Assembly (NCBI GenBank): GCA_000934665.2
Contig: KZ539100.1
Coordinates: 1 to 33,471, forward strand
Direction: 5' to 3'
From: Catajapyx aquilonaris
Lineage: Eukaryota
DNA length: 33,471 nt
Shown: one piece after another, positions 33,464-33,471 of the stretch
How the letters are laid out: every line of letters starts with the position of its first letter
Position numbering within the stretch: position 1 is the stretch's first letter
Translations under genes and position numbers: made by a program
Notes under the pieces: model-generated
Told to the model about the DNA's origin: nothing
Seen by the model: only the letters and a program-made list of their open reading frames with translations
The model's database searches: none

Positions 33464-33471
33464 TGAGGGGG

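Overview
Eukaryotic, TE-rich window, probably an invertebrate and possibly an insect (inferred from SINE and zinc-finger style; not provable from sequence alone). Its core is a head-to-tail cluster of five spliced C2H2 zinc-finger genes on the minus strand (A-E). Each gene has a shared upstream promoter cassette, a short coding exon for an acidic N-terminal domain rich in psi-K-x-E motifs (not KRAB, ZAD, SCAN or BTB; reminiscent of the fish FiNZ domain), a phase-0 intron and a finger-array exon (7-16 fingers). Genes A-D have homogenised 84-bp finger repeats that vary mainly in the recognition helix. Gene E is a divergent three-coding-exon member. The cluster is bracketed by the two halves of one LINE (RTE-X-like) that an LTR retrotransposon split (TSD ACCT), and the halves lie in permuted order. 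This implies the block is one unit of a larger tandem duplication, or a circular permutation. Introns and spacers carry a solo LTR, hAT, piggyBac, mariner and EnSpm-like non-autonomous elements, a tRNA-derived SINE and old LINE fragments. There is an assembly gap at 8042-8258.
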